Assembly (NCBI GenBank): GCA_947254375.1
Contig: CAMYCF010000001.1
Coordinates: 134,024-198,023 of the forward strand
Reading direction: 5' to 3'
Length of the DNA: 64,000 nucleotides
Source of the DNA: an uncultured Mobilibacterium sp.
GTDB taxonomy: Bacteria > Bacillota > Clostridia > Peptostreptococcales > Anaerovoracaceae
Part shown: piece by piece, positions 38,107 to 48,177 of the stretch
Layout: each line of letters opens with the position of its first letter
How positions within the stretch are numbered: position 1 is the stretch's first letter
Made by a program: the position numbers and the translations under genes
Notes under the pieces: generated by a model
What the model was told of the DNA's origin: nothing
What the model saw: the letters and a program-made list of their open reading frames with translations, nothing else
The model's database searches: none

Positions 38107-38138
38107 GTTAGTCTACTCTAACTATAAAGGCGTGTCAA
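38107..38138 (-). promoter_or_regulatory. Promoter of the TetR-ECF-ABC operon with a candidate TetR operator.
   Basis: TTGACA -35 and a -10-like TAGACT. The imperfect palindrome GTTAG-N6-CTAAC (38107-38122) overlaps the -10. Confidence 0.35.
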
Positions 38139-38213
38139 TACCCTATCGAGAGAATATGATTTTCCCGGCGACGGATTTTATAGTTGCCGATTTACTCTGC
38201 CGGCGGATTTTTG

Positions 38214-38247
38214 CAATAAAAAAAGGCGGCGGAACATGTCCGTCGCC
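38214..38247 (-). terminator. Rho-independent terminator of pheT.
   Basis: GGCGACGG-ACATGTT-CCGCCGCC followed by TTTTTTATT on the minus strand. Confidence 0.6.
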
Positions 38248-38275
38248 TTCGTTTATTTATATGCTGTCCTAAAAG

Positions 38276-40696
38276 CTATTCGCTTCTGACCTCGGCTTTT
38301 ACCTTGTTCTGCAGCTGCTTGATTATGCCGTTCGTCTTCTTCTCGATCTGCTTTGCGTTCATCGTCGAGTTGTCGGAGCCGATCCAAAATCTGAGCATGA
38401 CCGATTTCTTTCCTTCCGGTATCTGCTTTCCCCTGTACTCCTCGATGAAGCGAAGATCTTTGACCATGTACTTGATGCTTTCCGCAATGTCCGCCCACTT
38501 TACGCCTTCATCGACGATTATCGAGAGGTCGCCCTCGACGAGCGGGAACTGAGGCAGATGCTCGAAAACGTTCGTACGCGATTCGAGCGGCTCGAGCTCG
38601 GTGAAGTCGATCTCGAACATCGCAACATTCGTCCTTTTTATGCCGGCTTCTCCCATAGCGGAGACCTTGAGGAGACCCATGGAGCCGACCTGTTTTTTAC
38701 CGCACATTATGTTGAGGTAAGCCGCATCGTCGCTCCATGAAGGCTTTTCGCCATGCCTGAAAGTGAGCTCCGCCATGTGGCAGTATCTCGCCATTTCGGC
38801 GACCACGCCTTTTACCGCGAAAAATATCTTCTTCGGGTCCTGAGCGGCGTACGCTCCCGCGAAATGAAGCTTCTGCACCGGCAGGACTTCCTCGGCTGTC
38901 GACGGCGAGTATTCGCCCTGTCTGAAGACCTGAGATTTCTCGAAGATTCTGAACTCGTCGAACCAGCGCAGGTTTCCGGCGACGGCTTCGATGAGGTTAG
39001 GTATCAGGGAAGTCTTGAGGGTCGCGCAGTCCGGGCTCGGAGGGTTGGCGAGTTTTACGGCGTCGCTGTTGTCGATGCCCGCCGCTTTTATGTATTTGTC
39101 GTTTACCCAAGGGTAAGTGTCTACCTGCGTGAATCCGCACCTGAAAGCGAGGTATTCGGAGATGCTCCTCTCGAGCGAGACTTTGCGCTGATTTACGGCT
39201 TCGGTGAAGGACATCGTGAGAGGCTTCGTTTCGAAGTTCTCATATCCGATCATCCTAGCAAGGTCGCCGAGGACGTCGTCTTTGATGCCGACATCGCCCG
39301 TCGAACGCCAAACTGGCGCTTTTACTTTATAAATATTATCGGTAAATTCGACGTCGTAGCCGAGATTTCCGAGCGTTTTCTTTATTTCGCTGTCTTCGAG
39401 CGATTTTCCGAGGCGTTCGTCGAGGAAGGCCTTAGGCACTTCGATCTCTGCACGCTCCGTTTTTACCGGATACTCGTCTCCGTAAGCCTTGATCTCGCAG
39501 TCAGGAAATATCTCCTTAAAAAGCGAGAGCGCCATCGATATTCCGTCATCGACCCTGTACGTGTCTATGCCCTTTTCGTACCTTATCGAGGCGTCCGTCT
39601 TCTTGTCGAAGCGCTTCCCCGTCTTCCTTATCGTCTGCGCCGTGAAATTCGCGATCTCGAGGACGATCTTGCTCGTGTCCGGCAGGATCGAGTCCTTCTT
39701 GCCGCCTTTTATTCCGGCAAGCGCCATAGGCTCTTTCTCGTCGCAGATGACGAGATCGTCTTCGGTGAGCTCTATGTCGTCCTCGTCGAGAAGTTCAAGG
39801 CACTCGCCTTTTCTCGCGTTCCTGACGATTATCCCGCCTTCAACGTGGTTGAAATCGAACCCGTGTAGCGGCTGTCCTACGGCGAGGAGAACGTAGTTCG
39901 TGATGTCGACGATAGCGTTGATCGGCCGCATGCCGCCGTTTATTATCGCCGTTTTTATCCAAAGCGGAGCCTGGCGCGTATCGACTTTATCGATCACGAT
40001 CGCCGCGTATCTGTTGCACTTCTCAGGCTCTTCGATCACAACCTTATATCCCGGGAGGCCTTCTTCAGGCTTCAGTACAGGCAGCTCTTTGAGCGGTATA
40101 TCGTATATCGCCGAAAGCTCTCTTGCGATACCGTAGTGGCCCCAAAGGTCCGGCCTGTTCGTGAGCGACTTGTTGTCGATCTCGAGGACGTAGTCGTTCA
40201 GACCGACCACTTCCGATATGTTCTGACCCGGATGACACGGAATGTCGCCGAGGTCGACGATTATCCTCTCGTCGTCGCACGGGAAGACCTCGCCGAGGTA
40301 AACTTCCGCGGACGCGCAGATCATTCCGAAGGACTTCTCGCCCCTCATCTTCGTTTCTTTGATTTTTACCGGCTCGCCCTCGCCGTGCCATACGACCATG
40401 GCTCCCGGCTTCGAGACTATGACGTTTTCGCCCGGATAGAGGTTCGTTCCTCCGCATACGATCTGTACCGGCTCGCCTTCGCCGATGTCGACCATGCATA
40501 TCTTAAGGGCGTCGGCGTTCGGATGCTCTTTTACCTCGAGCACCCTGCCAACGACGATGTTTTCAAATTTTTTCGACGTATCTATGACGTACTCGACCTC
40601 TACCGTCCTCATCGTAAGGTCGTAAGCGATCCTGTCTATCGAAAGGCTGTCCGGAAGGTCAATGTATCTTTTTATCCAATTTATCGAAACCTGCAT
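38276..40696 (-). CDS. pheT: Phenylalanine--tRNA ligase beta subunit.
   Basis: 806 aa with tRNA-binding, B3/B4, B5 and class II core domains. N-terminus MQVSINWIKRYIDLP. Confidence 0.95.
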   Translation of the reverse strand: MQVSINWIKRYIDLPDSLSIDRIAYDLTMRTVEVEYVIDTSKKFENIVVGRVLEVKEHPNADALKICMVDIGEGEPVQIVCGGTNLYPGENVIVSKPGAMVVWHGEGEPVKIKETKMRGEKSFGMICASAEVYLGEVFPCDDERIIVDLGDIPCHPGQNISEVVGLNDYVLEIDNKSLTNRPDLWGHYGIARELSAIYDIPLKELPVLKPEEGLPGYKVVIEEPEKCNRYAAIVIDKVDTRQAPLWIKTAIINGGMRPINAIVDITNYVLLAVGQPLHGFDFNHVEGGIIVRNARKGECLELLDEDDIELTEDDLVICDEKEPMALAGIKGGKKDSILPDTSKIVLEIANFTAQTIRKTGKRFDKKTDASIRYEKGIDTYRVDDGISMALSLFKEIFPDCEIKAYGDEYPVKTERAEIEVPKAFLDERLGKSLEDSEIKKTLGNLGYDVEFTDNIYKVKAPVWRSTGDVGIKDDVLGDLARMIGYENFETKPLTMSFTEAVNQRKVSLERSISEYLAFRCGFTQVDTYPWVNDKYIKAAGIDNSDAVKLANPPSPDCATLKTSLIPNLIEAVAGNLRWFDEFRIFEKSQVFRQGEYSPSTAEEVLPVQKLHFAGAYAAQDPKKIFFAVKGVVAEMARYCHMAELTFRHGEKPSWSDDAAYLNIMCGKKQVGSMGLLKVSAMGEAGIKRTNVAMFEIDFTELEPLESRTNVFEHLPQFPLVEGDLSIIVDEGVKWADIAESIKYMVKDLRFIEEYRGKQIPEGKKSVMLRFWIGSDNSTMNAKQIEKKTNGIIKQLQNKVKAEVRSE

Positions 40697-40707
40697 GTCT
40701 GTACCTC

Positions 40708-41745
40708 CTACTTGAACTGGTTGAGAAATCTGAGATCTGCGCTGTGGAACAGCCTTACGTCGTCGATCCCGTATCTCATCATTACGAGGCGGTCAAGTCC
40801 GATATTCGCGTAAAATCCCGACCATACGTCAGGGTCGAGGCCCGCCGCACGAAGTACGTTCGGGTGTATTACGCCGCCCGGCATTACTTCTATCCAGCCG
40901 ACATCGTTACAGACGCGGCAGCCGTGCCCTTCGCAGACGAGGCATTCCATGTCGATTTCGTATCCCGGTTCGGTAAAAGGAAAGAATCCTTCCCTCATCC
41001 TCGTGTTGATCTTCCTTCCGAAGACCTTCTCTAAAATCGTCTCTATCATTATCTTGCCCGAGCAGAACGACAGTCCTTTGTCGACGACGAGCGCTTCGTA
41101 CTGCGAAAAAGCCCTCTCGTGTCTGGCATCGGTGTTCTCGTTCCTAAAAACTTTTCCCGGATATATGAAGCGCGCAGGCGCACCGTGCTCCATAAGATAT
41201 CTTACGGAAGCCCCTGTCAGGTGCGGTCTCAGGCAGAGCCTGTCGACGCCCGACTTGTCCTCGGTCCCGTCGATCCAATACGTGTCCATCGTCTGACGTG
41301 CAGGGTGGTCTGCCGGGAAGTTGAGGTTATCGAACGCGAATTTCTCGCTCGTTATTTCGTCCTCGGAGAATACTTCGAATCCCAGGGAACGAAATGCATC
41401 GTTGAGATCGTACTCCATTTGAGTTATAGGGTGGAGAGCTCCGCCCGCAACAGGTGTTCCCGGAAGCGACACGTCAAATTCGCCCTCGAAGACCGTCTCC
41501 GAGGCGAGTATCTTATCCGTCATCTCATCTACCTTGGCGGCAAAAAACTCCTTGATCTCGTTGGCTCTCATTCCGACCTCGCGCCTCTTCTCAGGCTCGA
41601 TGTTGCCGAGACTTTTGAGCACTTCCGTCAGTTCGCCCTTCTTTCCGAGCAGCGTCCTTCTGATTTCCTGTAGCTCGTCTATGTTCGATGATCTCTCTAT
41701 AGCTTCGAGCCCTCTCGTTCTGATTTTCTCAAGTCTTTCAAGCAT
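40708..41745 (-). CDS. pheS: Phenylalanine--tRNA ligase alpha subunit.
   Basis: Class II motifs FRNE, GFGIDRL-like (GLDRLVMMRYGIDDVR). 345 aa. Confidence 0.95.
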   Translation of the reverse strand: MLERLEKIRTRGLEAIERSSNIDELQEIRRTLLGKKGELTEVLKSLGNIEPEKRREVGMRANEIKEFFAAKVDEMTDKILASETVFEGEFDVSLPGTPVAGGALHPITQMEYDLNDAFRSLGFEVFSEDEITSEKFAFDNLNFPADHPARQTMDTYWIDGTEDKSGVDRLCLRPHLTGASVRYLMEHGAPARFIYPGKVFRNENTDARHERAFSQYEALVVDKGLSFCSGKIMIETILEKVFGRKINTRMREGFFPFTEPGYEIDMECLVCEGHGCRVCNDVGWIEVMPGGVIHPNVLRAAGLDPDVWSGFYANIGLDRLVMMRYGIDDVRLFHSADLRFLNQFK

Positions 41746-41821
41746 AATGTTTTCCTCACCAATTTCAGCGATATTTGCGTGTAATTATACCATTTGTCTT
41801 TGAAATTCTCAATATTCGCAG

Positions 41822-41854
41822 TTTTTTAACAAAATGACCGCCTTTCGGCGGTCA
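41822..41854 (-). terminator. Rho-independent terminator after the Big_2 surface-protein gene. It is followed by an extended -10 pheST promoter with no T-box.
   Basis: TGACCGCC-GAAA-GGCGGTCA + TTTTGTT. The pheS promoter is TTGAGA-17-TGgTATAAT with a leader of only about 40 nt. Confidence 0.6.
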
Positions 41855-41880
41855 TAGTCCTCTAAGTTATAGGTCGTAGT

Positions 41881-42873
41881 TTAGAAAGTGTCTTTTCTTC
41901 TGCGGCTGATGCCCATTCCTGCAAGCCCTGCCATAGCGATGAGCCCGAGAACTATAGACATTCCTATAGGAGCTTGGTCTCCTGTCGAAGGATTGGCTTT
42001 GTCCTCCTTTGCAGGCTTATTGTTATTAGGCTTGTTGTCGTTGTTCGGCGCATTTCCTGCCTCTTTTACGGTTACCGTTGCTTCGGCAACTTTTGTTTCG
42101 TCGCCGTTTGCGACTGCCCTTACCGTAAGAGTCTTTGCGGTCTCATTCTTTGCTACCGTGAGTACCCCTTCGTTATCGATCGATGTTCCTTCGTGTCCGC
42201 CGATGACGCTCCACTTTACGCTCTTATCGAAGTCACCCGTTCCGGTGACAGTAGCTGCGAAGTCCTGAGTATTTCCCTGCTCGACTGTAGCTGTGGCAGG
42301 CGTTACCGTTACGCTTGTGATAGTCGGAGCCGGCACCACCGTTACCTCGGCTTCCGCAAATTTGGTTTTATTCCCGTTTGCAGTCGCTATTACCGTCAGA
42401 GCGTCTGAGGTCTCGTTATCCGCTACCGTAAGTTTACCGTTGGCGTCGATGGACGTCCCATCGTTTCCGTCTTCAACGCTCCACGTTACCGTCTTATCGA
42501 AGTCGCCCGTTCCGCTGACAGTTGCGCTGAAGTCCTGCGTCTTCCCCTTCGCCACCGTCGCCTTATCCGGCGTTACCTTCACACCTGTGACAGTCGGAAG
42601 TGCAGGCGATCTCTCTTTTACCGTTACCGTGGCTTCCGCAGATTTCGTCTTGTCGCCCTTAGCGGTTGCTTTTACCGTAAGAGTTTTTGTTGCTTCATTA
42701 TCAGCCACCGTGAGCTTTCCGTTGGCATCTATAGATGTTCCTACACCTCCGCCGGTGACGCTCCAATCCACATCCTCGCTGTAGTGGCCGGTTCCGCTTA
42801 CTTTGGCGTCAAACATTGCCGTCGTTTGCCGGCATAGTATCTTTGTCACACAGCACGATCGTAGTGTCGGCAT
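41881..42873 (-). CDS. Three bacterial Ig-like (Big_2) domains plus a C-terminal anchor: NPSTGD, a hydrophobic segment, then RRRKDTF. It lacks a signal peptide. It is probably the frameshifted C-terminal part of the upstream 651-aa secreted protein.
   Basis: Repeats of ...VTGVKVTPDKATVAKGKTQDFSATVSGTGDFDKTVTWSV...GKLTV... Sorting-signal-like tail. 65-nt frame overlap with the upstream ORF. Confidence 0.65.
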   Translation of the reverse strand: MPTLRSCCVTKILCRQTTAMFDAKVSGTGHYSEDVDWSVTGGGVGTSIDANGKLTVADNEATKTLTVKATAKGDKTKSAEATVTVKERSPALPTVTGVKVTPDKATVAKGKTQDFSATVSGTGDFDKTVTWSVEDGNDGTSIDANGKLTVADNETSDALTVIATANGNKTKFAEAEVTVVPAPTITSVTVTPATATVEQGNTQDFAATVTGTGDFDKSVKWSVIGGHEGTSIDNEGVLTVAKNETAKTLTVRAVANGDETKVAEATVTVKEAGNAPNNDNKPNNNKPAKEDKANPSTGDQAPIGMSIVLGLIAMAGLAGMGISRRRKDTF

Positions 42874-44722
42874 TTAAAACCGTGTTTTGATCGATAGCTT
42901 TTCCGTCCACATACGGGGTGCACGTCTTGCTGTCATATTTCAGTTTCACGCTTGAAGCGGAGGTTATAACAGCTTTTACTGTCCCGTTGTCGTCAGGTAC
43001 CCATGCAAAGCTACCGCCGGACTGATCGATGATCTTGTCGTCTGCCGCATTCAGCACGTTGACGTCCTTGAAATCCGAACCTGTCGACGGCGTCTGCACC
43101 TTTACATTGTAAGTGTTGAGCGATACATTGCAGTTTTTGCCCGCCTTGAACGTCAGGGTGATAGGGGTAACTTTTGTCGGTTTAGCCGCTATCGCGTAAT
43201 CGGAAAAGCTTGTTGCAGTGAACGTGATCGTGTTGTCCGCACTGTTGTATTCGGCCGGTATGACTTCCATCGTCCCGTCCTTCTTCTCGTGTACGACCAC
43301 GATATCATTTCCGTTCATGTTCTCCGTCAACTTTAACGTGATCTTTGCGCCTTTGCTCAGATTCTCGATGTTGCTGTACCACGTATGATCTGCACTGCCT
43401 TGATATACGGTCTGTGCCAACTTGATATCGAACGAATCTTTTATGGTGTAGGCACCCGCTGCCTCTTTAAATTTCGAAAGCTGATCAGGCGTCAGATCGT
43501 GGTCTACGATCGTCAGTTTCGCCGTTCCCATAGTGATAGCGTTTTCACCGGCCTCGAGAGCCAAGCTGCCGGATTTTATCTTTGCCGTTTCCGCGCTTAC
43601 CTTATCGTCCGTTTTTTGAACGAGTCCGCCCAAATGGAGAGGTCTGTCTACTTTTACCGTGTACTGAGCAACGGTATCCGCATCCGGTGATAATCCCGTC
43701 TGGCCGTTCAACGCCGTTTTCACTACCTGATATCCTACCTCAGGAACGATCTTCAAAGTTACCTGTGAACCGGACGGTACCCACAACATACCGCCGTAAT
43801 TATCGTCATTAAGGAACGGAACAACAGGCGGAACATTGTGTCTTAACTGATCCGCCGAAATAGGCTCATTGCTGTTCGGGATCTTGACGAATACTATCTC
43901 CACCTTCGCGTGCTCCACCAGCGCATCCGGTCCGTAGCTGTTATGCGCCTCATCGTAAGCCCATGCAATACTGCCGATAGCAGCCGGTCCGCACTTCATT
44001 GCAATAGTGTAAGTATCAGCGTGTGCAAGATTCAGTGTTACTCCGTTTTTATCAGAGTCCGTTATTGTGATGTTTTGACCGTTGACCTTCAGTTCGGTAA
44101 TAGCATTGCCGAAGTCCGGTGTGATCTCCAAAGTATCGATATCCTTTTTTTCGACGGCTTTAGTGACATTGACGTTCGCAAGACCACCGTGGGTATGATC
44201 TTCGACAAAATCCACATTGTTTACCTTGATACGATCAAACACACCGCCGGTAGCCGTTCCGTTTACCGTTACGTTGTTTGTTACCGCAGGAGGATTAGGA
44301 AGGTTAGGATTACCTCCGCCGCCGTCGGGATCCTGTACGTTAAAATTCGCTTCGTTACTGTATTGCTGTTCGACCTTTATAGGGTGCCCGCCCTCAAAAA
44401 TTGAACACGCATTACTGTCGAAGCGGATCTTCACTTTCGTACCGACCGCTACACTTGCCACAACTTTGTCGCCGTCTTGCGCGTATTCGGCGATTTGTGT
44501 ATCGTTATCCAATCCTACTACTGAAATATGGTCGACACTGTTACCGCCTTTTTTCACATTTATCGACGATCCGTCAACCTCTAGTGTGTAGCCCTTATCT
44601 GAGCCGAATGTCAGCTTATAGGTGCCCTCCGCGTTTACTGCGATCGTCGGTATGAGCATCACCGTCACGCAGAGCGTCAGCATGAACACCAGGACTTTCC
44701 TATATGTCTTCTTGATTTTCAC
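42809..44722 (-). CDS. Secreted surface/adhesin-like protein, N-terminal part. GTG start at 44722 with RBS GAGAGGA. Signal peptide MKIKKTYRKVLVFMLTLCVTVMLIPTIAVNA.
   Basis: Clear Sec signal peptide. Beta-rich, Thr/Asn/Val-rich sequence with a GGGGNPNLPNPP linker. No anchor of its own. Confidence 0.65.
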   Translation of the reverse strand: MKIKKTYRKVLVFMLTLCVTVMLIPTIAVNAEGTYKLTFGSDKGYTLEVDGSSINVKKGGNSVDHISVVGLDNDTQIAEYAQDGDKVVASVAVGTKVKIRFDSNACSIFEGGHPIKVEQQYSNEANFNVQDPDGGGGNPNLPNPPAVTNNVTVNGTATGGVFDRIKVNNVDFVEDHTHGGLANVNVTKAVEKKDIDTLEITPDFGNAITELKVNGQNITITDSDKNGVTLNLAHADTYTIAMKCGPAAIGSIAWAYDEAHNSYGPDALVEHAKVEIVFVKIPNSNEPISADQLRHNVPPVVPFLNDDNYGGMLWVPSGSQVTLKIVPEVGYQVVKTALNGQTGLSPDADTVAQYTVKVDRPLHLGGLVQKTDDKVSAETAKIKSGSLALEAGENAITMGTAKLTIVDHDLTPDQLSKFKEAAGAYTIKDSFDIKLAQTVYQGSADHTWYSNIENLSKGAKITLKLTENMNGNDIVVVHEKKDGTMEVIPAEYNSADNTITFTATSFSDYAIAAKPTKVTPITLTFKAGKNCNVSLNTYNVKVQTPSTGSDFKDVNVLNAADDKIIDQSGGSFAWVPDDNGTVKAVITSASSVKLKYDSKTCTPYVDGKAIDQNTVLNADTTIVLCDKDTMPANDGNV

Positions 44723-44924
44723 CTCTGTTTCCTCTCTTTCCGTAAATGATAAAAATGATTGCAAATAACTTCCTAAGACTTGTAAAGCACGAATGTAAGT
44801 GTAACTACATTAGATAAAAACACCTACTTTGCCTATGTAATATCAATTTTTTCACAATTTGTACATATTTTCCCAAATAAAAAACGGCGATCCGAAGACC
44901 GCCGCATGATCATGTGATTTATTT

Positions 44925-46940
44925 TTAGAAAAGCACGCCGCCGATCGAAACGAATACCGGTACGAATACGAGCGATACGATCGTCATCAGCTTGATGAGG
45001 ATGTTGATCGAAGGTCCGGACGTATCCTTGAACGGATCTCCTACCGTATCTCCGACTACCGCCGCTTTGTGGGTGTCGCTTCCCTTTCCGCCGTATACTC
45101 CGCTCTCTACATACTTCTTAGCGTTGTCCCAGGCTCCGCCTGCGTTCGCCATCATTATAGCGAGGAGTACTCCGGACGAAAGTGCACCGGCGAGCATTCC
45201 GCCGAGCGATTCGATACCGAGGAGGATACCTACGGCGAGAGGAGCAACGATCGCGAGAAGTCCCGGTACCATCATCTCTTTGAGAGCTGCGCCCGTGGAG
45301 ATCTCAACGCACTTCGCGTATTCAGGCTTAGCCGTTCCTTCGAGGATACCGTCGTTTTCCCTGAACTGTCTTCTTACCTCGTCTATCATCTGATTCGCCG
45401 CTTTACCTACCGAGCTCATCGTCATTGCCGAGAAGAGGAACGGGAGCATCGCGCCGATGAACAGTCCTACGATCACCATAGGATCGAGCAGGCTGATCGT
45501 CTTGAGTCCCGCAGCGTTCGAGAACGATGCGAAGAGTGCGAGTGCAGTGAGAGCGGCGGATCCGATAGCGAATCCCTTTCCTATTGCAGCCGTAGTGTTA
45601 CCTACGGAATCGAGTGTGTCTGTTATGTTTCTTACGTTCTCAGGAAGTTCAGCCATCTCTGCGATACCGCCGGCGTTATCGGAAACAGGTCCGTAAGCAT
45701 CGACTGCTACCGTCATTCCCGTGTTGGAAAGCATTCCTACCGCTGCGAGTGCTATTCCGTAAAGTCCTGCGAAGTTGTAAGCAACAATTATTCCGCCTGC
45801 GATAAAGATGATCGGCCAAGCCGTCGACATCATTCCTACCGCAAGTCCCGAGATTATCGTGGTTGCCGAGCCCGTCTGAGACTGTTCGGCTATCTTTTTG
45901 ACCGACTTATACGAGTCGGACGTGTATATTTCAGTAAGCTGACCGATGACTATTCCTACGATCAGTCCCGCGATTATCGCATATGCGTAATTGAACGACT
46001 GAAGCATCGTCTTGCTGAGATAGAGAGATGCTACGATAACGATGATGCCGCCGACGTACGTTCCCATGTTGAGGGATTTAGCAGGGCTTACATTATCGGA
46101 TCCCCTTACAGCGAGGATACCTATTACCGATGCTATTATTCCTACAGCTGCGATGAGCAGAGGGAAAAGAGCAGCAGTCGTTTCGGTGAAAGTCGAAAGC
46201 TCGCCGGATGCATTTACCGCTACAGCCGCAAGCGTAACTGCCGAAATTATCGATCCTACATACGATTCGAAAAGGTCGGATCCCATTCCAGCAACGTCTC
46301 CTACGTTATCTCCTACGTTATCGGCGATAACTGCAGGGTTCCTCGGGTCATCTTCAGGGATGCCGGCTTCGACTTTTCCTACAAGGTCCGCACCTACGTC
46401 AGCAGCCTTAGTATAGATACCGCCGCCTACACGTCCGAACAATGCCATCGAAGAAGCTCCGAGTCCGAAACTCGTAACGCACTGCATGATCGTCGCGAGG
46501 TCGAGCGTTACAAAGACTATACCGAGTCCGAACAGCCCGAGACTTGCAACACAGAGACCCATTACCGCTCCGCTTCGGAAAGCGATCTTGAGAGCCTTCG
46601 GCATGCCGGATGTCATTGCGGCATTCGCCGTCCTTACGTTACCCTTCGTAGCCACTCTCATTCCGAAGAAGCCCGCGAGCACGGACAGGAGAGCACCGCA
46701 AACGTAAAGTATGCCCGATGTCCAGTTGATGGCAAATCCGATGAGCAGGAAGAGCACGACGATAACGATCGCCATAGTCCTGTATTCCCTCTTCAGGAAA
46801 GCCATCGCTCCTTCTCTGATGTAGCCGGAAATTTCCTTCATTCGATCCGTTCCCTCATCCTCTTTGGAAACCCATGAAGCAAGAGCAAAAGCTACCACGA
46901 GCCCGATAAGAGCTATCAGAGGAATTATCCAGTTCTGCAT
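44925..46940 (-). CDS. hppA: Membrane-bound H+/Na+-translocating pyrophosphatase. Start at ATG 46940 (MQNWIIPL) with RBS AAGGAGG.
   Basis: 16 TM. Signature motifs [17 protein letters not shown], [24 protein letters not shown]. Confidence 0.9.
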   Translation of the reverse strand: MQNWIIPLIALIGLVVAFALASWVSKEDEGTDRMKEISGYIREGAMAFLKREYRTMAIVIVVLFLLIGFAINWTSGILYVCGALLSVLAGFFGMRVATKGNVRTANAAMTSGMPKALKIAFRSGAVMGLCVASLGLFGLGIVFVTLDLATIMQCVTSFGLGASSMALFGRVGGGIYTKAADVGADLVGKVEAGIPEDDPRNPAVIADNVGDNVGDVAGMGSDLFESYVGSIISAVTLAAVAVNASGELSTFTETTAALFPLLIAAVGIIASVIGILAVRGSDNVSPAKSLNMGTYVGGIIVIVASLYLSKTMLQSFNYAYAIIAGLIVGIVIGQLTEIYTSDSYKSVKKIAEQSQTGSATTIISGLAVGMMSTAWPIIFIAGGIIVAYNFAGLYGIALAAVGMLSNTGMTVAVDAYGPVSDNAGGIAEMAELPENVRNITDTLDSVGNTTAAIGKGFAIGSAALTALALFASFSNAAGLKTISLLDPMVIVGLFIGAMLPFLFSAMTMSSVGKAANQMIDEVRRQFRENDGILEGTAKPEYAKCVEISTGAALKEMMVPGLLAIVAPLAVGILLGIESLGGMLAGALSSGVLLAIMMANAGGAWDNAKKYVESGVYGGKGSDTHKAAVVGDTVGDPFKDTSGPSINILIKLMTIVSLVFVPVFVSIGGVLF

Positions 46941-47041
46941 AGTACAACTAACCTCCTTAATTAAATAGCGCCTTGATATAATAATCATGAGAGGTACCCG
47001 TAAAAGCACCTCTCCCGATCAAGCAAGTTTATAAGTGTGAC

Positions 47042-47278
47042 CTATTTGTTGAAAATGGCCACGATTGCAAGAGAAATGAGTATATACGCCACAGCGCTCA
47101 CCGTAGTGATCTTGCTCAAAAGCGCATCGTACCCCGTGCTCCTTTTCTTTCCGAACAACTGCTCCGCACCTCCGGCTATGGAACCGGAAAGACCGTCGCT
47201 CCTGCTCGACTGAAGCAAAATGCTGATTATCAAAATTATGCTGACGATAAACAAAATGATCATCAAACCTGTCTGCAT
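47042..47278 (-). CDS. secG: Preprotein translocase subunit SecG. Start at the second ATG, with RBS GGAGGG.
   Basis: MQTGLMIILFIVSIILIISILLQSS...GLSGSIAGGAEQLFGKK is a typical SecG sequence. Confidence 0.8.
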   Translation of the reverse strand: MQTGLMIILFIVSIILIISILLQSSRSDGLSGSIAGGAEQLFGKKRSTGYDALLSKITTVSAVAYILISLAIVAIFNK

Positions 47279-47389
47279 TAAATTTCCCTCCATAAAGCGG
47301 TTAACGATTTTGTGTAAAACAATGAAGCTTTACAGCTCATGTAGTTTATCATAACTATACGGCAGTGTCAACGAAAAAAACCGCTAAAA

Positions 47390-48148
47390 TCAAGCACTGT
47401 ACGGCGCTTCGACTATGTCGTAAAAACTGCCCGGATCGAGGCTCGCACCCCCTACCAAGGCCCCGTTTATGTCATTCATCGCCAAAATCTCGGCCACGTT
47501 TTGTGGTTTTACACTGCCGCCGTACTGAATGATCACTTCGGCCGCGGTTTTTTCATCGAAAATTTCCGAAATAATTTTTCTTATTTCTTCGCACATTTCC
47601 TGCGCCTGCTCCGGCGTCGCCGTTTTTCCGGTCCCTATCGCCCATATCGGCTCGTACGCCACGACGATCTTCTCCATATCCTCGGGATCGATCCCGGCGA
47701 GGTCCGCTTTGAGCTGCCCCGCGACGAAAGATTTTTCTTTCCCATCTTCCCTCGTCTCGAGCGACTCGCCCACGCAGAGTATCGGCCCGATGCCGTTCGC
47801 CATGAGGAGTTTGAGCTTTTTATTGATCCTTTCGTCCGTCTCGCCGAAGTATATCCTCCGCTCCGAGTGGCCTACGACGCAGAGGTCGACGCCGATCTCT
47901 TTGAGCATGGCAACGGATATCTCTCCGGTAAAAGCGCCCTGCTCTTCGTGGCAGACGTTCTGCGCCCCGACTTTTATCCCGCTCCCTTCAAAAGCTTTTT
48001 TCAGCGCTTCGAGCTGGGTAAAAGGTGCGATCACCGCCGCCTCCTGCGGCCGGCTCGGTTTCAGTGCGATAAAATCATCGGCAAAGGCGACGGCTTCCGC
48101 CGTCGTCTTGTGCATCTTCCAATTCCCTGCAATGAGAATTTTCTTCAT
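47390..48148 (-). CDS. tpiA: Triose-phosphate isomerase.
   Basis: IAGNWKMHKT, AYEPIWAIGTGKTAT, GGASL motifs. Confidence 0.95.
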   Translation of the reverse strand: MKKILIAGNWKMHKTTAEAVAFADDFIALKPSRPQEAAVIAPFTQLEALKKAFEGSGIKVGAQNVCHEEQGAFTGEISVAMLKEIGVDLCVVGHSERRIYFGETDERINKKLKLLMANGIGPILCVGESLETREDGKEKSFVAGQLKADLAGIDPEDMEKIVVAYEPIWAIGTGKTATPEQAQEMCEEIRKIISEIFDEKTAAEVIIQYGGSVKPQNVAEILAMNDINGALVGGASLDPGSFYDIVEAPYSA

Positions 48149-48177
48149 ATCTTCCTCCGTCAGTAAAAAAGCTAAAA

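Noticed and set aside
41746-41880. T-box leader upstream of pheS.
   Set aside because: The intergenic space is only about 135 nt and is mostly taken up by the upstream terminator and promoter. No T-box consensus or specifier-loop architecture is present.
27814-44764. Canonical LPXTG sortase motifs on the three large surface proteins.
   Set aside because: No LPXTG is present. The tails carry VATGD or NPSTGD instead; this is reported as a variant sorting signal rather than annotated as LPXTG.
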